64,000 nt of DNA from NCBI GenBank assembly GCA_016748015.1, contig JAAOMT010000502.1, forward strand, positions 813,894 through 877,893. Direction: 5' to 3'. Origin of the DNA: Geosiphon pyriformis uo1. Its lineage: Eukaryota; Fungi; Glomeromycota. The translations under genes and the position numbers were made by a program. Each line of letters starts with the position of its first letter. Position 1 is the stretch's first letter. Positions 38,201 to 49,494 of the stretch are shown piece by piece. The notes below the pieces were generated by a model, which was given only the letters and a program-made list of their open reading frames with translations, was not told where the DNA came from and did no database searches.

Positions 38201-39610
38201 CGACCTGATTGGTTACCAGTTGTGGTAATACTGACCCAAATAATCAGCAAAAATCAGATATAAATAAATGCATCATTTCTAAAACAGAGGTATCTTTAAT
38301 TAACATGAACAATTATTTTTTGGATCAAAATATTTAAAATGCTTTCTATACTCTCCATGAGTATTGGATCAAAAATTATCCAAATGCTACTCTGACTATT
38401 GGAAAACAAACCACCATAACTGATAATAGTAGAACACATACTGTTATTAGACCAAAGAAAACATCTACCAGGAGAAAAAAAATTGGTAACAAAATAAATA
38501 AGTATCTGCTGGAAAGCATAACAGCAGTAATACTTGTACTTTTCAACACAATTGGAAAAACAATCAAAGAAATCTTGCCCATAGACAAAAACTTGTCATA
38601 TGGAAGACAACTAAAGCTCTATGATTGTCTTGATGAAATTATAAAGGAGATGAAACTCTTAAAGAAAACAACTTTAGAGATACAGGCAGAAATTTTGGGC
38701 ATTATATGGTTAGATGTCCCAAGAATTTTAACTATTGCTAAAAGAGCCAAAACTCTAATACAAAGATTTGGTCTCTTGGATACAAAACTCATTTCGCCAC
38801 AAATGCTATATATCTTATTTACAAAAGATTTCAACAAAATAGTTAGTTTTGAATTAGATAAAACCCTTCAATTAGAATATCCCATAAATAGTTTGATTTC
38901 ACCAGAGCTTAATCTCTTTAGAGAGAATGATGTTATGGTTGAAACTCATAGTTTATATTAGTTATTACATGTATTAGCCATTGATGTCATATAAATTAGC
39001 CACTCTATTTATAGATAGTAATCATTGACCTGATTAATGACCTGACTGTTGATCTGATCATTGACCTAATCATTGACCACTTTTAATAGCTATATAAGCA
39101 ATGAGTCTCTTAGCTATAGAAAAGTATGTAATAACAAGCATCTAATTAATTAAGAATAAATAAAATAACAACTTTGATCTCAATCCTTCTCTGATCACTA
39201 AAAATTCTCTTTCCCTACTTTCAAGTATCTGAACATCTTAAAAGATAAAAGATTACTTGTTGGCCTTTTTCTAATGTATATAATTATAGCATTTGAAAAT
39301 TATTTAAATAAACATGACTGAAAAGCACAAGTTGATACCTGATATTGAATTCTAAGAGTGCCAATGTAAGACATAGAATTATATCAGTGGTGATCAATTG
39401 TTGACAGTATGGACTATTCCTCTACCTTCAGATCCCCCAGTTACTTTTAAAAAGAATAGCAACTGAGATATTTTATGAGACTGATCTCGCACATTGAATC
39501 CATACTCATTTAATTCATTCTTTGAAGTTGAATTCCCTTTGATTATTTCTATTACCTTACAATCCTGTTTTCCCTTGCTATTTATTAGCTTGTTACTCCA
39601 ACCCATAACA
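35234..39610 (+). mobile_element. Family A copy A5b (end of RT, RNase H, integrase, ORF3 38305-38961, 3' LTR 38931-39610), interrupted by solo LTR C1
   Basis: RNase H 'FILHTDTFGYGLGAVLVQ...IAYASR'; integrase pieces either side of C1; PPT AGAGAGAATGA before TGTTATGG. Confidence 0.9.
36330..37321. mobile_element. Family C solo LTR C1 (992 bp), 4-bp TSD CTAT
   Basis: TGTTACCAG...CCAGTAACA termini; CTAT at 36326-36329 and 37322-37325; host integrase rejoins; second copy at 58232. Confidence 0.9.
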
Positions 39611-39910
39611 GTATTATCAGCTTCTGAACTCCAAGAACAATCACCAACCACTTTGGCAAAAACATCTTTAGCTTTAATATCATCTTTAAAAAAACCACTT
39701 CTTTTCTTTTTTCTTGATAGCACAGATATAAAACCCTTAGTTGGACCAGAATTTTTAACAGCCTTCTTCATAACAGCAATACTAAGGCTAATGGTGGCCT
39801 TGTAATCAAGCAAAAATAGTTTTAATTTATCATACTGAATTGTAAAAAACTTCTTTTAAAAAACTTTTAGACTTTTTTTTGAGAATTTGAAACAAAGGAA
39901 AGAAAGAAGT
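39611..39910 (-). mobile_element. Probable 5' end of another non-LTR (LINE) ORF1, fragment E1
   Basis: Basic/low-complexity N-terminus 'MKKAVKNSG...VLSRKKKR...SWSSEADNT' after a pyrimidine-rich leader; cut by the A5b LTR. Assignment is by general resemblance only. Confidence 0.4.
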
Positions 39911-40929
39911 TTTTTTTATAAAATTATTAAAACTTGTTAAATTTTAAGTTTTTTAAAAGATGTTTTGCTATTATTATTAATTTTATTAACTTTTTTATTT
40001 TTTGTTTTAAATAATATTTTATATATTACTTTTTGTAAAAATTTAATTTGTAAAAATAATTTTAATAATATTAAAATAATCATTATAAAATTAGTTGTTT
40101 TTATAAAATAATTAATATTATATTACAAAAACAGAATTTAATTATATAAATTTAAATATAAAATTATAATAAAAAAAGTAGTTTAATTAGAAATAATAAG
40201 TTAACTTCTTATAATTTATATAATTTATTAAGTAAAATTTTTAATAAAATAATATATTTGTTTAGTATTATTAAATTTTTGTAATAAAAATTTATTTTTA
40301 TTATATGTATTTGTTTTTTAAGTTTAAATGATAATAATATTATATATATAAATATATAATATAGTTTTAACTGATTTAAATAACTAATATATATAATAAA
40401 TATGTAAATTATATTTAGTTAAAAATACTTAATTTGTTTTTATATATATTTTTTTATTAAAATTTAATAAGTATAGTCTAATTACTATCTAATATACAAA
40501 GTTAAAACTAAGAATCCTAGCTAAATACAATTCATGTTTTTACTACATATGATTAGTTATTTGGATCAATTAAAACAATATTATGTCTTTATATAAATCA
40601 TTATATCAGACCAGAAAAAAACAAGCAGAGTTTGCAAAAACCAAAGCTAATCACAAAAGACTCATTAATACTAATTAATCTAATTATTCTGTTTAATAAA
40701 TTTGATATCAAATTATAAAACTCATTAAATACTATTCTGAAATTATTAATTAAATCACATTTTTCTATATCTGTCTTATATTTAAACCTAAAACTTCACA
40801 AATCAAAACAATGTTATTTACCCAAACCACTGTTTTTATATATTAAAAAAATAATTAAGTTGTGTTTATTAAATATTTTAATAAAATAAATAAATAAATA
40901 TATGCTTAAATACATAATAACAATAATAT

Positions 40930-41544
40930 TGTTACGATTGAAACCCATAATTTTTATTAATTATCACATGTATTAGCCACTGATGTCATATAATTAGCCA
41001 CTCTATTTTTAAATAGTAATCATTGACCTAGTTGTTGACCTGGTCATTGACCACTTTCAATAGCTATATAAGCAATGAGTCTCTTAGCTGTAGAAAATTA
41101 TCTTTCAGACAAGAATCAAATAAATAAAAATAACAACTTTTATCTCAATCACTCTCTTATTACTAATTTTCCTTTCCCTACCTTCAAGTATCCGAACATT
41201 TTAGGATAAAAGATTACTTGTTGGCCTTTTCTTAACATATATAATTGTAGCATTTGAAGATTATTTGAATAAACATGACTGAAAAGCACAAGTTGATATC
41301 TGATATTGAATTCTAAGAGCACCGATGTGAGACATAGAATTATACCAGTGGTGATCAATTGTTGATAGTATGGACTATTCCTCTACCTTCAGATTCCCTT
41401 GTTACCTTTTGAAAAGAATAGTGACTGAGATATTTTATGAGACTGATCTCGCACATTGAAGTTGAATTCCCTTTGATTATTTCCATCACCCTACAATCCT
41501 GTTCTCTCTTACTATCCATTAGCTTGTTACTTCAACCCATAACA
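40930..41544 (+). repeat. A7 5' LTR (615 bp)
   Basis: TGTTACG...CCATAACA; TATA-like GCTATATAAG at ~41063; lacks a 28-bp segment present in the 3' LTR. Confidence 0.93.
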
Positions 41545-41550
41545 TAAAAG

Positions 41551-41567
41551 TGGTGCTCCCTATAAGG
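41551..41567 (+). promoter_or_regulatory. Primer-binding site (consensus TGGTGCTCCCTGTGAGG), 6-nt spacer TAAAAG after the LTR
   Basis: TGG start; conserved after family A 5' LTRs and in family B. Confidence 0.8.
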
Positions 41568-41596
41568 TCGTCAAAATCCACTTTGTTTCCTATTGT

Positions 41597-43136
41597 ATAG
41601 GTGATTATTTATACCTGTCATAACAATCAGAAGAACATTTTAAAACACACAACAAAAACAATCTAGACTTTTCTTTTGCCCTTCTGCTTGATTTGCTTTC
41701 CCATTAAAGAACAATTCAGTAGACAATTCCAAAACTTTTGGAACTGGTTCTTGAATGAACATTCAGCTGAAACTTACATAGCTTATACAATCTATTACTT
41801 TGACCAAGCTTATTTTGAAGACAACTTTGAAGAAAGAAACAACAGTATCAATCAGCTTTTATATTCTGTAACCTTTGAACAACAGCCCCCTGATTTTAAA
41901 TATCTGAATCATCAAATCTACATTTGGATTGCTGCTCATCAATCAACAGAAACTCTTCTTGAAACAGAAGAAGAAAGCTATCAAACTGCTCCTGTTTTTG
42001 ATCTCTTTTTAAGTGAATCAGAACACTCCACACAAACAGTTACACCTAAATCAATGGCTCAAAACTCTTTGCAACAAAACATTCTAATTGCTCTCCAAGG
42101 TATACAGACTGCTTTAGGGTGAAGAAACAACACCCCATTACCATTATTCAGAGGTAATGTCTAAGATCCAATTGAATGATTGGATGACTTTGAGAGAGCT
42201 GCTACAGCCAACCAATATGATAATGAGTACAAGTTTCAAATTGTTGGTGACTACCTCCAAGGCTCTTCTGCTACCTGGTTCTCACAAGAAACTGATGCTA
42301 ATGCCCATCAAAGAATCATTAGATAAATGCCAGCAAATGCCAGAGAAAACAACACCTCTTTTACAACCTGGTTTGAAAACAAGTTCAGAATCTCAATCTT
42401 GATATCCAAGTGGTGCATGGAATTAGAAAAAAGAATCCAAGGTCCTAATGAAGTTGTAACTGAATATGCCAAAGCAATCAGAAAGTTAATCAAGCAAGTA
42501 GACTCCAAAAAAAACTGAACAGAAGAACAAAAAATTCATTTCTTTACAAAAGGATTGAGAACTGACTTATCTTATGCTCTTTGGCCTCTTTTGGCTTTGA
42601 AAGACAACCCTACAATGGACATGGCTATTGAACTTGCCCAAAGGATTAAAGATAACCAAAGAATGTAACTGGGATTCACACTTCCAGTTTTTGCTCCTGC
42701 TCCTGCCATGGCCCCTGCTCCTCAAATGGCTGCTACTTTTTTTGCTGCCCAAACCCAAAACCCAAATGAACAATTAATAGATAGACTTACAGCTAACCTT
42801 GCCTGGTTATTAGAACTGTTGGCACAAGCAGTCAGAGATAACCAGTAACCACCAAGATCTAGATATGAATCTCGTTTTAACCAGCCCCAGCAACCTTCCT
42901 ATCAAAGACAGCAAAATCATGGCCCACCTGTGTGCTATTGTTGTGGATTAACTGGACATTATTCAAGAGATTGTAACAATTCTCCACTGCCTCCTCCAGC
43001 TCCCAAAAACAATGACAACCAAAACAACAGACTCAACAACAATGTTCCCAATCAAAGACCCAATCATGCCAACATTAATTTTTTTGGAGAGGATCTCCTA
43101 GTTGAAACCACTGTTTATCAGTCTTTAAACTGGTAA
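41597..43136 (+). pseudogene. gag: A7 gag (N-terminal extension, capsid with MHR-like QGPNEVVTEY, CCHC knuckle CYCCGLTGHYSRDC)
   Basis: Start is ATA here but ATG in A1/A5a/A6; several stops. Confidence 0.88.
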
Positions 43137-43172
43137 GCACACTTCCAAAGGGTGAGAGTGCAAGCCAACCAG
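43124..43172 (+). promoter_or_regulatory. Candidate -1 programmed ribosomal frameshift signal (T TTA AAC plus downstream stem-loop)
   Basis: Heptamer is in the gag frame 3 nt before the gag stop; a -1 shift enters the pol frame; conserved in 5 copies. Confidence 0.8.
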
Positions 43173-46100
43173 AAGAAAACTTCTTTTATGCTTTTAACTT
43201 AACTGATGATGACCATGACATGGATGAACTAGCAATCAACACCTCAGAACCAACCAGAAAGAAGAAGAAAGCCAAGGTTGATTTCATTCTAGACCCCAAC
43301 AAAGTCTCAACTTCTGCCACTAATAACAATAAGCCACTAAAGGCTAAAGTTTTTAAGAATTCTCCAAAGTTGGAACCCCCAGAAATTGTACAAAAATCTG
43401 GACTCTATTCCATTGTTAAAGATCTCATGGAAACTCCAGCACATATTACCTTTGGCCAGTTAATGACCCACCCACAGTTCAGAAAGGATCTTTGCAAATC
43501 CTTAATCCCAAAGAAGAAAACACCAAAAACCAACAAGCACTCTTGTCAAGCTGGACTTACTGACAACAACAATGTCACCTCTCTGATTTGTAAAGCCCAA
43601 GTGGCTGAATACTTTATTGACTTAATTCTGGACAGTGGATTATCTGTTAGTGTCATTGTCAAACACTTCTTAGAAGCAATTGGTAAAAAGATTGATGAAC
43701 CTTTCACCAGACCAATAACCAACGTACATGGTGACAAAAAGAAAAGACTGGGTATTGCCAAAGCTGTTCCTGTCTACATCAATGGAATTAGTATTGAAAC
43801 TGACATGGAAGTTTCTGAAGCCAAAGAATACACCATCATTGTTGGCAATGAATGACTCAAGAAAGCAAAAGCTTTGCTTGATTATGAACTTTGTGAATTA
43901 ACCATCAGATGTGGTGAGAAACCCATTGTGGTTAAGTGTCATCATTGGACAACTCTCCCAGTACCCAAACAAAACCAAGAAGAAGAACAATCAGATAAAT
44001 CAGATAATGAAGAGAGTGATGAAGAAGAAGAACAAAAAAAGCAAGAAGAAACTGCTGAACTCACCTATACCACCTTTACCAGCAATGGCAAATCACTGGA
44101 CAATGTTAAAGCAGACAAAGAAGGAATCATTGTAAATGGCAAGCTGATCTGCTGGCCTTATTATGATATCCTTAGAAAAATCTTTGAAAGAAAACCTGGC
44201 AAGAAAGCCAAATACAGTTTTTGGTGGCATGGTTCTTGTGTCTGGTGTTGGTGCAACAAACCCTTGTATTCTCCAAGTGATAAATGCAAATTATGCCTGA
44301 TCTATTACAGAGATTGGGAACCAATCAGTTTGATACCCAGAGAAGAATTGAAAAAAGTACAGAAGTCCTTTGAGAATGAACCACCTGAGATCCAATTACT
44401 GGTTGTGGAACAAAAAAAACCCTCTCCAGAAGAAAGAAAAATAGACATTGAAAATTTGCTGGCTAGAAATAGCCCAGTTATCTCCAAAGAAGATGATACC
44501 CCTGGACGTACCCATGTGATACAATACACTATCACCACCAAAAAAACTCGACTCATCCATTTGAAGCCTTATCAATTCAATCGGCACAATGATGAGTTTA
44601 TCAAGAAAGAAATAAACTGGATGAAAGAACTTGGATTCATACAAGAAACCAAGAATGAATGGGCTTTTTCAGTTGTAGTGGTATCCAAGAAAAGTGGAAA
44701 ACTATGCTTCTGTGTTGACTACTGCCAATTAAATGCCATCACTAAAAAAGACATGTATCCACTTCCCAAGATTGATGCAATGTTAAATCAATTCAAAGAT
44801 GCTGCTTTCTTCTCAATCATTGACTTAACTGCTGGATTCTGGCAAGTAGAGATGGATCCAGAAAGCAGAAAGAAAACTGTCTTTATTACCAAGTATGGCA
44901 CCTATGAATTTACAGTCATGTCTTTTGGTCTCACCAATGTCCTTCCCACCTTTTAATGCTTAATGGATAAAGTATTTGAATCAGTCAAGGAAAACTTTGT
45001 TCTAGTCTATTTGGACGACATAATGGTATACTCAAAAACCTGGGATAAACACCTGGAACATTTGCAAAAGGTTTTTGACCTCTTTAGAAATGCTGGCCTC
45101 AAGATCAACCCTACAAATCTTTTTTTGGAAAACAATCCACTTAGTTTCTTGGTCATCTTATCACAAAAGATGGAATTTTTCCTGACCCAAAGTTGAAAAA
45201 GTCCAAAACATCAAACAACCAATGAATATTTATGAACTACACTCTTTTCTTGGTTTGGCTTCTTATTATCACAAATTTGTCAAGGATTTCTCCAAAATCG
45301 CCTCTTCTCTCAATCAGCTACTCAAGAAAAATGTCAATTACCATTGAAAAACACATCAGCAAAAAGCCTATGAAACTTTAAAAGAAAAACTGGTTACAGA
45401 ACCCATCCTCAAGCAACCTAATCTAGATCGACCCTTTATCCTCCATACTAATACATCTGGCTTTGGACTTGGTGCTGTTCTCTTCCAGAAAGATAAAGAT
45501 GGCAAAGAACATACTATAGCCTATGCCAGTAGAATCCTTTTCCCAGCAGAACAGAACTATTCAGTTACTGAACAAGAATGCTTAGCAGTAGTATGGTCCA
45601 CCAGTTACTGAAGTAAGTATCTTCTTGGTGTGAAGTTTTTGGTGGTAACAGATCACCAAGCTTTGGTTTGGCTGCACAACAAAAAGAGGCTAGAACACAA
45701 ACAGATAACTCACTGAATACTCCACTTGGATGAATTTGACTATGATATTTAACATTGCAAAAGAGCTAATCATCAAAATGCTGAGACTCTCTTCAGACTT
45801 ACCATCCAATGACAGAACAACCCTCTTAAACCAAACCAACTTAATTATTAGTAATTTTTCCTTTTTGACAAACACGATAATGGACTTGGATGACTACTCT
45901 GCCTTAATAGAATTTTTGGGTAAAGGACAATACCCACTGAAATACACACAACAACAAAAAGAACATTTGCGCAAATAATCAAATTTCTATTTGATTTGCC
46001 AGAACCAACTTTATAAAAGAAATAAAAAAGATCTTAACTGCCCCCAGAGAGTTATCAGATTTGAAGAAAGAGAAATTGTGATCTACAATATGCACACTGA

Positions 46101-47193
46101 TTCATTAGCTGGACACTTTGGAAAAACAAAAACAATTCAGAAAACTCTAGCTCATTATTATTGGCCTACCTTGAGAAAAGACATTGCTGAATACATTAAA
46201 ACCTGTGATATCTGCCAAAGAAGAGGAAAACCCAATCGCAAAGAAGATATTCATCCAATCTCTGTTGGTCAATCCTTTGACAGAATTGGTATAGATGTTG
46301 TTGGATCTTTAACAATAACTCCTGATGGCAACAGATATATTATCACAGCTACCGACTATCTTACAAAGTGGGTAGAAGCAAGAGCCACTCCAGACCAAAC
46401 AGCAGTCTCAATAGCCAATTTTATTTATAAAGATATTATTTGTTATCATGGCTGCTCCAAAGAACTTTTATCTGATAGAGGAAGAGCTTGTCTTAGTACA
46501 CTTGTTGAAGAACTTTGCAGAAAAATGGGAATACGTCACAAACTTTCCTCTCCTTATTACCTCCAAACAAATGACCTAGTGGAACATTTTAATAAAACAC
46601 TATATGAAACCCTAGCCAAAACCAGTGAAGAAACAAACTTATGAGACAAAGTACTGCCTTCAGCTTTGTTCGCTTATAGAACTGTGAATTATGACATAAC
46701 AAGATATGAATCCTTTTATTTACTCTATAGATGAATGGCAACTCTACCAATAGAAACTGACATTGAGACAATACCCTTTGAAGAAATAACAATAGAGAAT
46801 TACAAAGACACTTTGCAAAGAAGACTTGGTACTATTCTTGACTCATTAGTAAAAACATGGATAATTGCCTTTGAAAAAATAAAACAATTCCAAGAGAAGC
46901 TTAAGAAAAAGAAAACATATAAAACACTTTCCTTAAGTGTTGGTGACTTAGTTTTAGAATACTGTTCAGACAGAGACAATGTCTATGGTAATAAATTCTC
47001 TAGCTGGTGGAAAAGACCCTTTATAGTCAACAAAGTTTTGAACAATGGTTCTTATATCTTACAAGATCAATATGGAACAATCTTCAATGATCACTCTGTT
47101 CATGGCACACGACTCAAAAAATATTACAAATGACCTGATTGGTTATCTGTTGTGGTAATATCAACCCAAATAATCAACAAAAATCAGATATAA
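43124..47193 (+). pseudogene. pol: A7 pol: aspartic protease, RT, RNase H, integrase
   Basis: LILDSG (~43621), RT YLDD (45008-45019), RNase H (~45435), integrase HHCC/DDE (45991-46644) and C-terminal W-x-x-PF motif. TGA at 47131 is CGA in A5b, so the consensus ends at TAA 47193. Confidence 0.92.
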
Positions 47194-47234
47194 ATAAATG
47201 TACCATTTCCAAAACAGAGGTATTTCCAATTGAC

Positions 47235-47891
47235 ATGAACAATTATTTTTTAGATCAGAACATTCAAAATGCTTTCTATACTCTCCATGAGTACTGGATT
47301 AAAAACTATCCAAATGCTACTCTGACCATTGGAAAACAAACTACAATAATTGACAACAATAGAACACATACTGTTATCAGACCAAAGAAAACAACTACCA
47401 GAAGAGAAAGAATTGGTAGCAAAATAGATAAGTATTTGCTAGAAAGCATAACAGCAGCAATACTTATACCTTTCATGACAATTGGAAAAATTATTAAGGA
47501 AATCTTGTCCATAGACAAAAACTTGTCATATGGAAGACAACTAGAACTCTATAGTTGTCTTGGTGAAATCATAGAAGAAATAAAGCTCATGAAAAAAACA
47601 ACTTTAGAGATACAAGTGGAAATTTTGGGCATTATACGTTTAGATGTCCCAAGAGTTTTGACCATTGCAAGAAAAGCCAAAACTCTTATACAAAAATTTG
47701 GTCTCTTGGATACAAAGCTTATTTCACTTCAAGTACTATATACTCTATCCACAAAAGACTTTAACAAACTAGTTAGTTTTGAGTTAGACAAAACCCTTCA
47801 ATTAAAATATCCTATAAATAGCTTGATTTCACCGGAGCTCAATCTCTTTGAAGAGGATGATATTATGGTTGAAACCCATAATTTTTATTAA
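47235..47891 (+). CDS. Family A ORF3, 218-aa hypothetical protein downstream of integrase, reading through the PPT into the 3' LTR
   Basis: Open from ATG 47235 to TAA 47891; same 657-nt length in four copies; no recognisable domain. Confidence 0.75.
   Translation: MNNYFLDQNIQNAFYTLHEYWIKNYPNATLTIGKQTTIIDNNRTHTVIRPKKTTTRRERIGSKIDKYLLESITAAILIPFMTIGKIIKEILSIDKNLSYGRQLELYSCLGEIIEEIKLMKKTTLEIQVEILGIIRLDVPRVLTIARKAKTLIQKFGLLDTKLISLQVLYTLSTKDFNKLVSFELDKTLQLKYPINSLISPELNLFEEDDIMVETHNFY
47850..47860 (+). promoter_or_regulatory. Polypurine tract (GAAGAGGATGA) abutting the 3' LTR
   Basis: Purine-rich run directly before the LTR in all four copies that retain this junction. Confidence 0.65.
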
Positions 47892-48503
47892 TTATCACAT
47901 GTATTAGCCACTGATGTCATATAATTAGCCACTCTATTTTTAGATAGTGATCATTGACCTAGTCGTTAATCTGGTCATTGACCACTTTCAATAGCTATAT
48001 AAGCAATGAGTCTCTTAACTGTAGAAAATCATCTCTCAGACAAGAATCAAATAAATAAAAATAACAACTTTTATCTCAATCACTCTCTTATTGCTAATTT
48101 TTCTTTCCCTACCTTCAAGGATCTGAACATCTTAGGATAAAAGATTACTTGTTGGCCTTTTCTTGACATATATAATAGTAACATTTGAAAATTATTTGAA
48201 TAAACATGACTGAAAAGCACAAGTTGATACCTGATATTGAATTCTAAGAGCACCAATGTGAGGCATAGAATTATACCAGTGGTAATCAATTGTTGATAGT
48301 ACAGACTATTCCTCTATCTTCAGATTCTTTTGTTACTTTTTAAAAAGAATAGCAACTGAGATATTTTATGAGACTGATTTCGCACATTGAATCCATACTC
48401 ATTCAATTCACTCATTGAAATTGAATTCCCTTTGATTATTTCTATCACCCTACAATCCTATTCTCCCTTGCTATCCATTAGCTTGTTACTCCAACCCGTA
48501 ACA
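47861..48503 (+). repeat. A7 3' LTR (643 bp)
   Basis: TATTATGG (TG mutated to TA)...CCGTAACA; near-identical to 40930-41544. Confidence 0.93.
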
Positions 48504-49035
48504 ATATTATTATTATTTAATATATTTAAAAAATATTTAAAAAAAATTGTTTATTAATAAAAATTTGTTTTATATAAAAAACAATTAAAATTTTAGAATT
48601 AACTTAATAAAATTATAGAAAACATAAAATTTTTAAAGAAAACAACTTTAAAAATACAAATAAATTTTTTAAATATTATATAATTAGATGTTTTTAAAGT
48701 TTTAATTATTGTTAAAAAAATCAAAATATTTATATAAAAATTTGGTTTTTTGAATACAAATTTTATTTTTTCTCAAATTTTATATATTTTATTAACAAAA
48801 AATTTTTCAAGTTAATTAGTTTTAAATTTAACAATATTTTTAAATAAAATATTTCTTAAATAGTTTGATTTTACCAAAGCTTAATTTCTTTGGAAAAAAT
48901 AATATTATAGTTAAAAACCATAGTTTTTATTAATATTACATGTATTAGTCATTTTATTTTTAGGTATTAATTGTTAATCTGATCAATGATTTGGTTGTTG
49001 ACTTAACTATTAACTTGATCTGATAAATAACCATT
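48504..49035 (+). mobile_element. Ancient AT-saturated family A relic (ORF3 3' part plus start of LTR at ~48903), host of A7; continues left of A7 at about 40870-40929
   Basis: Aligns by eye to 47460-47990 with most G/C replaced by A/T, e.g. TTTTACCAAAGCTTAATTTCTTTGGAAAAAATAA versus TTTCACCGGAGCTCAATCTCTTTGAAGAGGATGA. Confidence 0.8.
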
Positions 49036-49416
49036 AATTAATAACTCAAATTTTGCCTGGTAACAATGTAAATAATAGATGATTTACATTTACTTTATGC
49101 ATAAATATGTGCTATTATTGTGTTTAAATAATATATAAGTTTTTAAATCAATGATTGTAACTTTGAATTTAATTCATTTATTATTTTAAAATAAATCGTA
49201 ACAATAAAAATATAAATATGTTGCATAAAATTTAATAACAAGGAACTGTTATATGGAGTGTGCTGCAACAAAACAAGCGCTCAATGTCAAAGGTTGTAAG
49301 TTTCTTTTAGCCCAATATCAAGCATTCGCGCTTGTGACGAGGAGCCAAACCATAGTATCTTGAGCAAATCTACTTGAAGTTTGTACCATACATTTGTCGC
49401 TTTCTCTCAACACGTA

Positions 49417-49494
49417 CAGTAGGCACCAAAAGTAACACCCAATTGACATGTCTAACAATATAAAAAAATCGGGCGTTACTTTTGGTGCCTACTG
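49417..49494. mobile_element. 78-bp Tc1/mariner-type MITE with TA TSD
   Basis: TA|CAGTAGGCACCAAAAGTAACACCCAATT...AATCGGGCGTTACTTTTGGTGCCTACTG|TA; 28-bp TIR with 2 mismatches. Confidence 0.85.

Larger units (their letters stand above)
40930..48503 (+). mobile_element. Family A Ty3/Gypsy copy A7, complete 7574-bp element with 4-bp TSD ATAT
   Basis: LTRs 40930-41544 and 47861-48503; ATAT at 40926-40929 and 48504-48507; domain order gag-PR-RT-RH-INT (Gypsy type) plus ORF3. Confidence 0.95.

Noticed and set aside
24408-39614. GTAT...GTAT as the TSD of one intact element 24412-39610
   Set aside because: The two LTRs are different subtypes and the outer flanks are unrelated; more likely coincidence or target preference
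39394-39813. 139-aa ORF as a gene
   Set aside because: Chimeric read-through from fragment E1 into the antisense strand of a family A LTR
46950-47193. Chromodomain at the family A integrase C-terminus
   Set aside because: Only a GPY/F-like module and a short tail follow the core; no chromodomain pattern visible
47235-47891. ORF3 as an envelope (env) gene
   Set aside because: Only 218 aa; no evident signal peptide, furin site plus fusion peptide, or TM anchor
49051-49065. CTGGTAACA as the end of another solo LTR
   Set aside because: No matching 5' terminus or TSD found
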